A stretch of DNA of 54,464 nt from Betaproteobacteria bacterium UBA3031 (GTDB taxonomy: Bacteria; Pseudomonadota; Gammaproteobacteria; Burkholderiales; Eutrophovitaceae): assembly GCA_002367635.1 (NCBI GenBank), contig DFDI01000073.1:1-54464 (forward strand). Direction: 5' to 3'. The position numbers were made by a program, and so were the translations under genes. Shown piece by piece: positions 33,355-42,714 of this stretch (positions are counted from its first letter, which is position 1; each line of letters begins with the position of its first letter). A model generated the notes under the pieces. It was not told the origin of the DNA. It worked only from the letters and a program-made list of their open reading frames with translations, and ran no database searches.

Positions 33355-36300
33355 ATGAATGGTGACCAAAAAAAGTACAATCAAGAGCTACGCGAAGAGA
33401 TTCTATCGTGTCTGAGCAAAGATCAGTACGGTCTTCGAAAGCGACTTAATCAGCTATTTTCTAAAAAAGATAATGCTGATCAGTTGCGTGATATTGAGCT
33501 CCTGCGCTCGAAAATAACCGAGTCAATCAGTAAAGTCTCCAATAGAAAAAGTCGCATTCCGAATATCTTATTTTCCGAAAACCTCCCGGTTGTTGAGAGG
33601 CGAGAAGAGATACAACGTCTGATTAGTAAGCATCAGGTTGTTATTTTGTGTGGCGAAACCGGATCCGGAAAAACCACACAGCTACCTAAAATGCTACTCG
33701 AAATTGGTCGGGGAGTGTGCGGGCAAATTGCGCACACGCAACCAAGACGAATCGCGGCTCGATCGGTGGCAAACCGACTTGCGAAAGAATTGCATTCAGA
33801 AATTGGTGATCTAGTTGGTTACCAAGTTCGTTTCTCCGATCGCTCCAGTCCAAATAACCTTATTAAGGTAATGACGGATGGGGTTTTACTTGCTGAGACG
33901 CAAACCGATCGGCATTTATCTCGGTACGATACAATTATTATTGATGAGGCTCATGAGAGGAACCTTAACGTTGATTTTTTGTTCGGATATTTAAAGGGAC
34001 TATTAAAGAGGAGGCTCGACCTAAAATTAGTCATTACATCGGCGACCATTGATTCAGAGAAGTTTTCGACTCATTTTGATCAGGCGCCAGTGATCGAAGT
34101 CTCGGGGCGGTTATATCCTGTGGAGATACGGTACCAACCACCGGGGGATGACGGTGCGCAGGAAGATGCGGACAGTCTATACGACGCCTTAAATCGCGTG
34201 ATGAAGGAGATTGATGTTGCACAAGGTGAAGGTGATGTACTTGTGTTTTTGCCGGGTGAGCGTGAAATCAGACAATCTCTTGATTGGCTGACTAAGAATT
34301 TTTTATCTAAATTGAGGCGCTCTAAATGGGAAGCCTTACCCTTATATTCGAAACTCTCCGTTCAAGATCAAAATAGAATTTTTACACCGTCACACTGCAG
34401 ACGCGTAATACTCACAACCAATATTGCAGAAACGTCTTTGACAATTCCTAAGATTCAGTACGTGATTGATTCCGGGTTGGCCCGCGTCAAGCGGTACAGC
34501 TATCGGAATAAAGTCGAGATGCTGCAGGTAGAAAAAATATCCCAGGCATCTGCTAATCAGCGCGCTGGTCGGAGTGGTAGGGTGATGAATGGCGTCTGTG
34601 TGAGGCTATATTCAGAGGTTGATTTTGATCAACGCCTTGTCCATGCAGAGCCGGAAATTCTAAGATCATCATTAGCTGCAGTGATATTGCGCATGGCTGT
34701 TTTTGGTCTCGAAGAGCCGGAAAAGTTTCCTTTCATTGATTCGCCAATACCAAGAGCTCTCTCAGATGGATATCAGTTGCTTGAGGAGTTGGGCGCAATT
34801 GACCGAGCACGTCAATTGACACCCATTGGCAAAAAAATTGCACGCATACCCGTTGATCCGAGAGTAGCACGCATGATTCTGGCGAGTAGCGAATTGGGAT
34901 GTCTCGACGAGGTATTGAAGCTTGCTGCAGGCTTGTCAGTACAGGACCCAAGAGAGCGAGAATTTAATTCTAGTGATGCGTCTACGCTTAGTGTGGCTGA
35001 AGAAAAAAAATCAGATTTCTCATCGCTGTTGGAAGTTTGGAATTGGTTTCAAGAAGTATTCGAAAGAAAACCAGGAAAAAAACAGTTAAAAGAATTGTGT
35101 CAACGTCGTCATCTATCTTTAGTGAGAATGTTTGAGTGGCGTGAGCTTTATCAACAACTGAAATCGATGTCTATTGAGATGGGATTTAAAATAAGCGATA
35201 AGTCGGGTGAGAGGGCCAACATTCACCGCGCATTGTTGACGGGGTTATTGGGGAATGTCGGGTTTAGAGGTGATGAAAAAGGACTCTATTATGGAGCTCG
35301 CAGCATTAAGTTCTATATACACCCCAGTTCTGATTTAAGGAAATCCAAACCGAAATGGATCATCGCTTCAGAGTTAGTAGAGACATCACGTTTGTACGCG
35401 CGCTGCGTTGCCGAAATTGACGTTGACTGGATTGAGCCTCTAGCTAAGCATCTGACCCAATCGACTTACCATGAACCACGGTGGTCAAAGAGCACCGGGA
35501 ACGTCGTGGCGACTGAGCGAGTGACTTTGTATGGTTTAGTTGTCGTTCCTAAGCGGCAGATTAATTATGGCCCCATTAATTCGAGGGAAGCTCGGGAAAT
35601 ATTTATCCGCTGTGCTCTCGTTCAGGGTGAAGTAAAAAGTCCGCCACACTTTTTAAAACACAATCTAGATTTAATCGAATCGTTAGAAAGCGTCGAGGCA
35701 AGATCCAGGCGCTATGACCTGCTTGTAGATGATTCTGTTGTGTACTCTTTTTTTGAGGAGAAGGTCCCTGAACATATATACAGTTGGGCATCCTTTGAAA
35801 AATGGCGAAAGCAGGTGGAGGCGAAAGAGCCTAGGTGTTTATATCTGACCAAATCGCTTCTGGTCAGGAAAGATATCGAATCCGAGACATTCGAACTATA
35901 TCCTGACGCAGTCACTATGAATGGGTGTGACTTTCAGCTTGAGTATCGTTTTGAACCCAGTCATATTCTCGATGGGGTAACGGTAAAAGTCCCGATTGAA
36001 ATGCTTAATAAAATAGATCAAGTTCGAGTTGAGTGGCTTGTGCCTGGATTAATTAGGGAAAAAGTTACTGAGATTATTAAATGCTTACCAAAGATTATTA
36101 GAAAGAAGATTTTCCCGGTTAAACAGTTCGTTGATGAGATTGTTGGAGATTTAAACCCCAAGCCCATATCTTTGTACGATTTAATTATTAAAGTCATTAA
36201 CGCATCGTATGGGGAATTGGTTACCCGTGAAGTTGTCAATGAGAGTGAATTGCCCGATTTTCTCCGGATGAATTTTTCAGTTGTAGATGAGGAGGGTGTT

Positions 36301-37296
36301 GATATTGATTCGGGGCGAGATTTAGTTCTTCTCAGAAAAAAGCTTGGAGTTAAAGCAACGGAGACGTTTACAACCGAGACGACTAAAGAGTTCAAAAAAA
36401 CAGGCTTGACAATATGGAATTTTGGGGATATTCCAGAGATCGTTGAAATGTCTATCCAAGATAAAACCATTGTTGGATTCCCATGTCTTAAAGACGAGAA
36501 GAATTCGGTGTCTATCGTTCTTGCGGATACAGAGATGGAAGCAGATTCAGTGACCAAAATAGGTGTTAGGCGCTTATTTCAGTTAACGATGAAAGATCAA
36601 TTTAAATTTATTTCTAAACGTTGGACTGAGCTTCCGAAAATGTCACTTCAATATTCGATGCTTCTAAGCGAGCAAGGAGAAACCTCAGGTGGCTCGTCGA
36701 TTCAAGATAGGTTAAGTGACGAATTGCTGGCAGCCACCAGTGCGCGCGCAATCTTTTTTGATGGCGACATGATCCGTACTGAGGGGGTGTTTTTGGAAGC
36801 TGTAAAAAAAGCAAAGCCTCGTATCGTCGTCGTTGCGAATGAGATTAATCAGATTGTAGACGCCACATTTCAGCTGTATGCAAAGGTGCGTGTTAGCCTC
36901 AGTTCAGACAAATTATTAATGTCTCAACACTTTGTGCGGAATGTTAAAAAACATCTTTTTTTATTAATGTCGCCAAACTTTATTTCTAATACACCCTATA
37001 GTTATTTAAAGCATTTCCCACGTTATCTTGAAGCTGTTTTTTGTCGTATTGAGAAACTTCGATCAGATCCGAATCGTGACGAGTCTTGGCAAAAACAGAT
37101 ATCTTTATACGAAGAGCAGATATCGAAATTAATCGAGCTTAGTGTGAGCCCTCAACAACGGCAAAAACTTATTGAGGTCAGATGGTCACTGGAAGAGTTG
37201 CGTGTGTCGTTATGGGCTCAGCAACTTAAGACGATATATCCTGTGTCCTTCAAGCGAGTCGAGAGGTCTATAGCTGAATCGCTTGTTGAGACTTGA
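33355..37296 (+). CDS. hrpA: ATP-dependent RNA helicase HrpA
   Basis: GETGSGKTTQLP, DEAH, SAT, TNIAETSLT, QRAGRSGR, C-terminal LEELRVSLWAQ; start ATG 33355 or upstream. Confidence 0.95.
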   Translation: MNGDQKKYNQELREEILSCLSKDQYGLRKRLNQLFSKKDNADQLRDIELLRSKITESISKVSNRKSRIPNILFSENLPVVERREEIQRLISKHQVVILCGETGSGKTTQLPKMLLEIGRGVCGQIAHTQPRRIAARSVANRLAKELHSEIGDLVGYQVRFSDRSSPNNLIKVMTDGVLLAETQTDRHLSRYDTIIIDEAHERNLNVDFLFGYLKGLLKRRLDLKLVITSATIDSEKFSTHFDQAPVIEVSGRLYPVEIRYQPPGDDGAQEDADSLYDALNRVMKEIDVAQGEGDVLVFLPGEREIRQSLDWLTKNFLSKLRRSKWEALPLYSKLSVQDQNRIFTPSHCRRVILTTNIAETSLTIPKIQYVIDSGLARVKRYSYRNKVEMLQVEKISQASANQRAGRSGRVMNGVCVRLYSEVDFDQRLVHAEPEILRSSLAAVILRMAVFGLEEPEKFPFIDSPIPRALSDGYQLLEELGAIDRARQLTPIGKKIARIPVDPRVARMILASSELGCLDEVLKLAAGLSVQDPREREFNSSDASTLSVAEEKKSDFSSLLEVWNWFQEVFERKPGKKQLKELCQRRHLSLVRMFEWRELYQQLKSMSIEMGFKISDKSGERANIHRALLTGLLGNVGFRGDEKGLYYGARSIKFYIHPSSDLRKSKPKWIIASELVETSRLYARCVAEIDVDWIEPLAKHLTQSTYHEPRWSKSTGNVVATERVTLYGLVVVPKRQINYGPINSREAREIFIRCALVQGEVKSPPHFLKHNLDLIESLESVEARSRRYDLLVDDSVVYSFFEEKVPEHIYSWASFEKWRKQVEAKEPRCLYLTKSLLVRKDIESETFELYPDAVTMNGCDFQLEYRFEPSHILDGVTVKVPIEMLNKIDQVRVEWLVPGLIREKVTEIIKCLPKIIRKKIFPVKQFVDEIVGDLNPKPISLYDLIIKVINASYGELVTREVVNESELPDFLRMNFSVVDEEGVDIDSGRDLVLLRKKLGVKATETFTTETTKEFKKTGLTIWNFGDIPEIVEMSIQDKTIVGFPCLKDEKNSVSIVLADTEMEADSVTKIGVRRLFQLTMKDQFKFISKRWTELPKMSLQYSMLLSEQGETSGGSSIQDRLSDELLAATSARAIFFDGDMIRTEGVFLEAVKKAKPRIVVVANEINQIVDATFQLYAKVRVSLSSDKLLMSQHFVRNVKKHLFLLMSPNFISNTPYSYLKHFPRYLEAVFCRIEKLRSDPNRDESWQKQISLYEEQISKLIELSVSPQQRQKLIEVRWSLEELRVSLWAQQLKTIYPVSFKRVERSIAESLVET

Positions 37297-37333
37297 ATGT
37301 GAATAGCCATCTATCATGTGTTTTACTTAATAA

Positions 37334-38290
37334 ATGACTGAAAATAAAATACAAAATATTTTTTTGCACTGGTTTGGTTTGGTTTTTATTTTTTTTGGAG
37401 CCTCAGCATACGCAGCTGAATTTGTCGTGCTTGGTGATATGCCCTATGGCTCTGAGGTGGAAGTTGACGAGGCCTATCAAAACTTGATACTCCAGATTAA
37501 CAGGCAGAATGCTGATTTTGTGGTCCATCTGGGAGATATTAAGAGTGGCTCTACACTCTGCTCCGATGAGGTATATGCCCGACAGAAGATGCTTTTATCA
37601 ATATTTGTAGCGCCATTGATCTATACGCCTGGAGATAATGAATGGACAGATTGCCACCGAAAGAACAATGGTGGATATGACCCTTTGGAGCGACTTCAAA
37701 AGCTCAGGCAGATATTCTTTGATTCGACTTATTTTGAAGGGAATGCTGTCCTTGGTTTACAAAGTCAAGGTAAGGCAGATGCAGACTTTTCTGACTTTGT
37801 TGAAAATCAAATGTGGATTGCTTCCAAAACGTTATTCTTGTCGATACATGTGGTAGGGAGTAACAACAATATGGACTCCGGAACCCTTGAGGGTGAGCGG
37901 GAATTCATACTTAGAGAGTCAGCAAATTCCCGTTGGATAAAACAGGCATTTGATCAACTTAAAGGCGACCGAATAAGTGATCTTGTCGTAGTGTTCCATG
38001 GGGATCCATTTATTGATTGGATGTTGCCTGGATCGTCGTTAATGTATGGCGGATTTTCTCAGACGATAGGTTCCGTGCTGTTTGGGCTGGCACAGAAAAC
38101 GGACAAAAATGTTTTGATTATCAATGGCGATACGCATAAGTATCGGTGGGATCAGCCGTTCCACTTTAATGGATCGCTTCGGAGCAATGTGTCTCGGTTG
38201 GTCGTTCCTGGAGCTAGAGATATGCGCGCCGTCAAAATTAGCATTCAAAGGGCGCAGGACAATTATTACAGTATAGAAATGATTGAGTAG
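37334..38290 (+). CDS. Secreted calcineurin-like metallophosphoesterase
   Basis: Signal peptide ending ASAYA; GDMPY, HLGDIKSG, PGDNEWTDC, NGDTH motifs. Confidence 0.78.
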   Translation: MTENKIQNIFLHWFGLVFIFFGASAYAAEFVVLGDMPYGSEVEVDEAYQNLILQINRQNADFVVHLGDIKSGSTLCSDEVYARQKMLLSIFVAPLIYTPGDNEWTDCHRKNNGGYDPLERLQKLRQIFFDSTYFEGNAVLGLQSQGKADADFSDFVENQMWIASKTLFLSIHVVGSNNNMDSGTLEGEREFILRESANSRWIKQAFDQLKGDRISDLVVVFHGDPFIDWMLPGSSLMYGGFSQTIGSVLFGLAQKTDKNVLIINGDTHKYRWDQPFHFNGSLRSNVSRLVVPGARDMRAVKISIQRAQDNYYSIEMIE

Positions 38291-38317
38291 AGTCCGTTTT
38301 GTAAGGTCAATTTTTGG

Positions 38318-38767
38318 TTAATTGCATTTCCCGTTGCATTTGATGGCTCTTTGCGCGCAGTTAATTTCATTGAAGCGACTTTTTACTGCAAAGCTATAAC
38401 TACCCCCAGAATGAAAGGCTCCAGCGCCATTACATTGCAACCGTTTGGTGACATAGATGGGATCAGCAAGCCACTTGACGTTGGCGCATCCTGGGCTTCC
38501 GGTACCAAATTGAACGCCCAGTTGGTACGTCGCGCAGAATCCAGAGCGATGCATCACGTCCCCTTCAATTGCCCAACGCCCATCGTCTCTTAGCCAAACC
38601 TTGATTGGTCCAAAATCAAAATCCGATCGCGCAGCCTGCCCACCACCTAAATTACTGGTTGCTTGGGCTTCTGACGAGAGGACGCGTACTTCCTCAGATG
38701 AAAAAGCGGAGGAGCCGCCCATTATTAAAATGAGTAATAAAAATATACGGATTGCATTTTGTCCCAT
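38318..38767 (-). CDS. Hypothetical secreted protein with 6 Cys
   Basis: Hydrophobic N-terminal signal (IRIFLLLILIMGGSSAFS); 149 aa; fills the gap with no competing long ORF. Confidence 0.7.
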   Translation of the reverse strand: MGQNAIRIFLLLILIMGGSSAFSSEEVRVLSSEAQATSNLGGGQAARSDFDFGPIKVWLRDDGRWAIEGDVMHRSGFCATYQLGVQFGTGSPGCANVKWLADPIYVTKRLQCNGAGAFHSGGSYSFAVKSRFNEINCAQRAIKCNGKCN

Positions 38768-39024
38768 ACGGCCAATCTATCACGAAAAAAAACCGGTTAC
38801 CAGCTCGTTGACAAAGCCTTTTTAAAAGCATATTACTGACAAGATGTCGTGGATAACAGGTTCTGAGATGTTTTTATTAGATGTTTATTTGTTCCGTACC
38901 TTAATTTAATACCTGACCAATAGCCCATTAGATGAGTTATTTTGGATTAAATCATTGCAAGATATAATGCTTAAAATTTCAATTTTCAGTATTTGTCTTA
39001 TTTTTTGGCTGTAGTACTAAAGAG

Positions 39025-39192
39025 ATGATGACTCGGTCTGAGCTTGAGTGTCCGATGTGTGACTTGGAAATTGTCATAAGCGACTTTGAGAGGCAAGGTT
39101 CAAGAACTAATTGGTGCATCACTAATGCAGACAGATCAAAATTTACTTGTCGGGAGGTTGCGTTGGGACAGCCGCCTTGTTTGATTCGGTAG
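39025..39192 (+). CDS. Small Cys-rich protein (55 aa), possibly the 3' part of a frameshifted lipoprotein gene; not in ORF track
   Basis: Manual translation MMTRSELECPMCDLEIVISDFERQGSRTNWCITNADRSKFTCREVALGQPPCLIR*; coding-like composition compared with the AT-rich upstream DNA. Confidence 0.5.
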   Translation: MMTRSELECPMCDLEIVISDFERQGSRTNWCITNADRSKFTCREVALGQPPCLIR

Positions 39193-39216
39193 TAACTAGC
39201 CTCTGGAGTTTTCGTT

Positions 39217-39942
39217 TTGACCTCTCGCTTTACATATGCTCCTCTAGGAGATCAGGCTGTACTTATTTCTCTGGAATCAGGGTCTTCACAAGGGAATGAG
39301 TTGGTGTCCGCCGGCGCGCTAGCTGAGAAAATTAGAGGGTTTAATCTTAGAGGGGTCACGGATATTGTTCCGGCTTTTTCGCAGCTTGCGATTCATTACA
39401 ACCCAAATGAGTGGGTTTCCTCTTCTGGTCAGTCTCCATTTGAAAGGATCGTCGAGTATCTAGAGCGAAAGTTGGTTAGTAAAGAAATTGTCTTAAGCGC
39501 GAAGAAATCACAATTAGTTCGTGTTCCTGTTTGCTACGATAAAAAAATGGGTTTGGATTTGGTGGTTATTTCTTTGACTTTAGGCATTTCTGTCGATGAT
39601 GTAATTAATTTGCATCAATCTGTTGTGTACTCCGTAGGAGCGATCGGCTTTGCTCCAGGATTTGCCTATCTTGAAGGTTTAGATTCTGTACTGAAAATTC
39701 CCCGTCGAGATGCGCCACGTACTAGAGTTCCTGCAGGAAGTGTTGCTATTGGTGGGGGCTATAGCGGGATTTATCCATCAACCTTGCCGGGCGGATGGCA
39801 TATTTTGGGTAGGACGCGTATGAAGCTTTTTCGAAAACAAGGTGATTGTGGTGCATTGTTGAGCGTCGGTGATCTAGTCCAGTTCGAGATGATTTCCATT
39901 GAGGAATACGATGTAAATCAGATTATGGAAACTGACGTATGA
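39217..39942 (+). CDS. pxpB: 5-oxoprolinase subunit B
   Basis: PLGDQA, VPVCY, GFAPGFAYL, PRTRVPAGSV, PGGWHILGRT. Confidence 0.9.
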   Translation: MTSRFTYAPLGDQAVLISLESGSSQGNELVSAGALAEKIRGFNLRGVTDIVPAFSQLAIHYNPNEWVSSSGQSPFERIVEYLERKLVSKEIVLSAKKSQLVRVPVCYDKKMGLDLVVISLTLGISVDDVINLHQSVVYSVGAIGFAPGFAYLEGLDSVLKIPRRDAPRTRVPAGSVAIGGGYSGIYPSTLPGGWHILGRTRMKLFRKQGDCGALLSVGDLVQFEMISIEEYDVNQIMETDV

Positions 39943-40967
39943 GCACTAATCAATCGGGCTTAATTCATGTGTTGAGCCCAGGATTACTGACGACTATTCA
40001 GGATAGAGGTAGAGCGGGTTGGCAGAATCATGGTGTTTCTGTTTCTGGAGCGGCAGACTTAAATTCTATGACTATTGCTAATGCTCTAGTTGGCAATAAG
40101 CTGGATGCACCAATCATAGAATTCGTTATGGTCGGTCCTGATTTGGTATTTTCATGTGATTGTGTTGTTGCATTTAGTGGGGCGAATTTCGCATTTAGTA
40201 TTGACGGTAATGCGATACCACTCGGACGTCCAATATGGATCTTTGCAGGGACTACGGTAACGGGTAACCGATCGTCGAATGGTGCGTTTGGGTACATGGC
40301 GATTTCAGGCATATTGGACATTGAGGCAGTTATGGGGAGTGTGTCCACGGACACAGGTAGTAAATTTGGAGGAGTTGAGGGCAGGTCTCTAAAGGCTGGT
40401 GATGTTTTGGTTGTTATTGATTCACCTGATAAATTGGCGCTACTAAAGCGGATGAGCGCTAGAGGGGGACAATCTTTTATTGCTCCGAAGTGGAGTGTAA
40501 AAGGTTTGTTTAGCGCCAAAGGATCTAAAAAAGATAAGGTGCTTAGGTTTGTACCTTCTGAAAAATGGATCGGTTTATCAGAAGAGGTTAGAAAAACTAC
40601 TTGTTTGGGTACGTATCGTGTTACTCCCCAATCGAACCGCATGGGGGTTCGGTTATCTGGAAAGAGTATTGATATGCAAAAGTCTGAACACGAGCCTTCC
40701 GTGCCCGTTGTCTTGGGTGCGATACAAGTGCCGCCCAATGGACAACCCATCATCTTGTCAGTCGACCGACAGACAATTGGCGGGTATCCATCGATTGGCG
40801 TTGTGGCATCCGTAGATCGTACGACCCTGGTGCAATGTCAACCTGGAGATGGTTTACGGTTCGTCGAGATTTCGGTGAATGACGCACAAACTGCCTTACT
40901 CCAAGAACAGAATGCGATGGCGGAGCTTGTTCGTTCTATTGGGCACCGGATTCAGGAGTTGAGCTAA
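39939..40967 (+). CDS. pxpC: 5-oxoprolinase subunit C
   Basis: TTIQDRGR, SNRMGVRL, GAIQVPPNGQPIIL, QTIGGYP; ATGA overlap with pxpB. Confidence 0.9.
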   Translation: MSTNQSGLIHVLSPGLLTTIQDRGRAGWQNHGVSVSGAADLNSMTIANALVGNKLDAPIIEFVMVGPDLVFSCDCVVAFSGANFAFSIDGNAIPLGRPIWIFAGTTVTGNRSSNGAFGYMAISGILDIEAVMGSVSTDTGSKFGGVEGRSLKAGDVLVVIDSPDKLALLKRMSARGGQSFIAPKWSVKGLFSAKGSKKDKVLRFVPSEKWIGLSEEVRKTTCLGTYRVTPQSNRMGVRLSGKSIDMQKSEHEPSVPVVLGAIQVPPNGQPIILSVDRQTIGGYPSIGVVASVDRTTLVQCQPGDGLRFVEISVNDAQTALLQEQNAMAELVRSIGHRIQELS

Positions 40968-41737
40968 TGGAGCTACATATCGATCTTAATTGCGATCTTG
41001 GAGAATATCGATCTGTTGAAGGGGAGCGTAAAGAAATAGCGATAATGCCCTACCTCAGTTCGACGAATATTGCTTGTGGAATGCACGCGGGAGATCGCAA
41101 CTCCATTAGGGCGACCGCCCGAAGGGCTGTAGAACATGACGTGGGTGTTGGGGCCCATCCATCGTTTCCTGATAGAGATAATTTTGGTCGTAAGGCTATG
41201 AATTTGCCCGAGGATAAGCTAAGAGAGGTGGTGCGTCGTCAGATCGAGGAGTTCGTTAATCACGCTCTGGCTGTTGGTGCCGTCATGACTCACGTTAAAG
41301 CGCACGGAGCACTGTACAACATGGCTGCAGTTGACATAAATATAGCCATGATTATTTGCGAGACGATCGCCGATTTTAATGCTGATTTATTCGTTTTTGG
41401 TTTGGCGAACTCGTGTTGGGTGGGGGCTGCTGAGGCGGTTGGAATTGAACTCGTAGAGGAGGCGTTTGCAGACAGGCGTTACTTATCAGGGTGTGAACTT
41501 GTGCCCAGAACGAATCAGCAGGCCTTGATTACAGACGTGGTGGAAGCTGAACAACAAGTGATCAGGCTGGTTGAGCAAAATTTAGTGATGAGCTTAGATG
41601 ATGTTAATTATGGTGTTGCGCCAGGCACGATTTGTATTCACGGTGATGGGGTTAATGCCTTGGGTATCGTCTCTAATCTTCGGTCTTCACTAACAAAGCG
41701 TGGGATTCAAGTTAGATACCCTAAAATTTGTCTTTAA
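40967..41737 (+). CDS. pxpA: 5-oxoprolinase subunit A (LamB/YcsF)
   Basis: DLNCDLGE, NIACGMHAGD, GAHPSFPD, HVKAHGALYN, TICIHGD; TAATG overlap with pxpC. Confidence 0.93.
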   Translation: MELHIDLNCDLGEYRSVEGERKEIAIMPYLSSTNIACGMHAGDRNSIRATARRAVEHDVGVGAHPSFPDRDNFGRKAMNLPEDKLREVVRRQIEEFVNHALAVGAVMTHVKAHGALYNMAAVDINIAMIICETIADFNADLFVFGLANSCWVGAAEAVGIELVEEAFADRRYLSGCELVPRTNQQALITDVVEAEQQVIRLVEQNLVMSLDDVNYGVAPGTICIHGDGVNALGIVSNLRSSLTKRGIQVRYPKICL

Positions 41738-41862
41738 GGAATCAAACGCATAAAGTCGTTATACTGTCCAGCACCTTCAGCACCTAAAACTCATATTGAT
41801 ATTGCCTTTTTGGGCGTGTAGTGATGGGAATCGCAGCTAAATACACATTTCTGGACCATGAG

Positions 41863-42651
41863 ATGACCTTAAATAAATATGTAGCACCTCTTTTGATTTT
41901 TTTTGGGGTTTTGATGTCACCAGATATTTCAATTGCAGAAGAGAAAAAAACGATTGCAGTCGATACGTCTAAAGCCTTAGACCCAAGCCGCCCAAAGACT
42001 AAAATTTTTAGCAGATATGAATTTAAGGAGGATGAGGCGGGTAATGAGGTGTCTATCATCGAGGCTTTGTACGATTTTCCATTAAATAATGATTGGTCAG
42101 TTCGTGTACAGGCTCCAGTCGTGCACCGTAACCCAGCTTTATCTGCTGAGTCAGAAGCAGGCATGGGTGACATGACACTGCGTATTGCTAAAAATACGTT
42201 TACGACTGATGGTGGTTCACCTTGGTTTTTGGCGTTGGAGACTATTTGGGATACGGCATCAGACGTAACCTTGGGCAAAGGTAAAAATCGAGTAGCGCCA
42301 ACGATATTTGGATTTGTAAAAGTACCGAGCTTAGGGTTGCTTGCATTTCCTCAGGTTCAAACTTTTTTTACAATGGGCGGTGATGATAGTCGAACGGATG
42401 TAAATTTCACGTCATTAAAATTACCAATCTTAAAAAAGCTGGCTAATCGTTATTATTTCTTCGTAGAACCATTTGTTGCTTGGGATCATGTGCGCCATGA
42501 GCAATCGACAGGGACGCTTGAGTTAGAGTATGGTCGATTTGTTAATCCTTCAACAATGCTCTATGTTCGGCCAGGAACTACCCTTTGGGGGGACGAGTCA
42601 GCGTTTTCATTTAAGTACAACATGGAAATTGGTTTTCGACTGTTCTTATAA
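41863..42651 (+). CDS. Putative outer-membrane beta-barrel channel (COG4313/SphA-like)
   Basis: Signal peptide from ATG 41863; GMGD and DTASDVTLGKGK..AP motifs; alternating aromatic strands; C-terminal EIGFRLFL. Confidence 0.62.
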   Translation: MTLNKYVAPLLIFFGVLMSPDISIAEEKKTIAVDTSKALDPSRPKTKIFSRYEFKEDEAGNEVSIIEALYDFPLNNDWSVRVQAPVVHRNPALSAESEAGMGDMTLRIAKNTFTTDGGSPWFLALETIWDTASDVTLGKGKNRVAPTIFGFVKVPSLGLLAFPQVQTFFTMGGDDSRTDVNFTSLKLPILKKLANRYYFFVEPFVAWDHVRHEQSTGTLELEYGRFVNPSTMLYVRPGTTLWGDESAFSFKYNMEIGFRLFL

Positions 42652-42714
42652 AACTGAGGGCGACGGCTTGTGTGATATAAGTTTCTGTATGGGGACATTA
42701 ACGGGACGCTTCTT

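Noticed and set aside
38860-38940. TPP-riboswitch-like words CTGAGA and ACCTGA
   Set aside because: The P1-P3 pairings and the downstream GCGxAGGGA segment are missing, and no thiamine gene follows.
40028-40753. 241-aa minus-strand ORF, plus other long shadow ORFs (e.g. 36018-36557, 41784-42278, 40-441, 144-545)
   Set aside because: They lie antisense to or out of frame within well-supported genes and show no recognisable motifs; typical codon-bias shadows.
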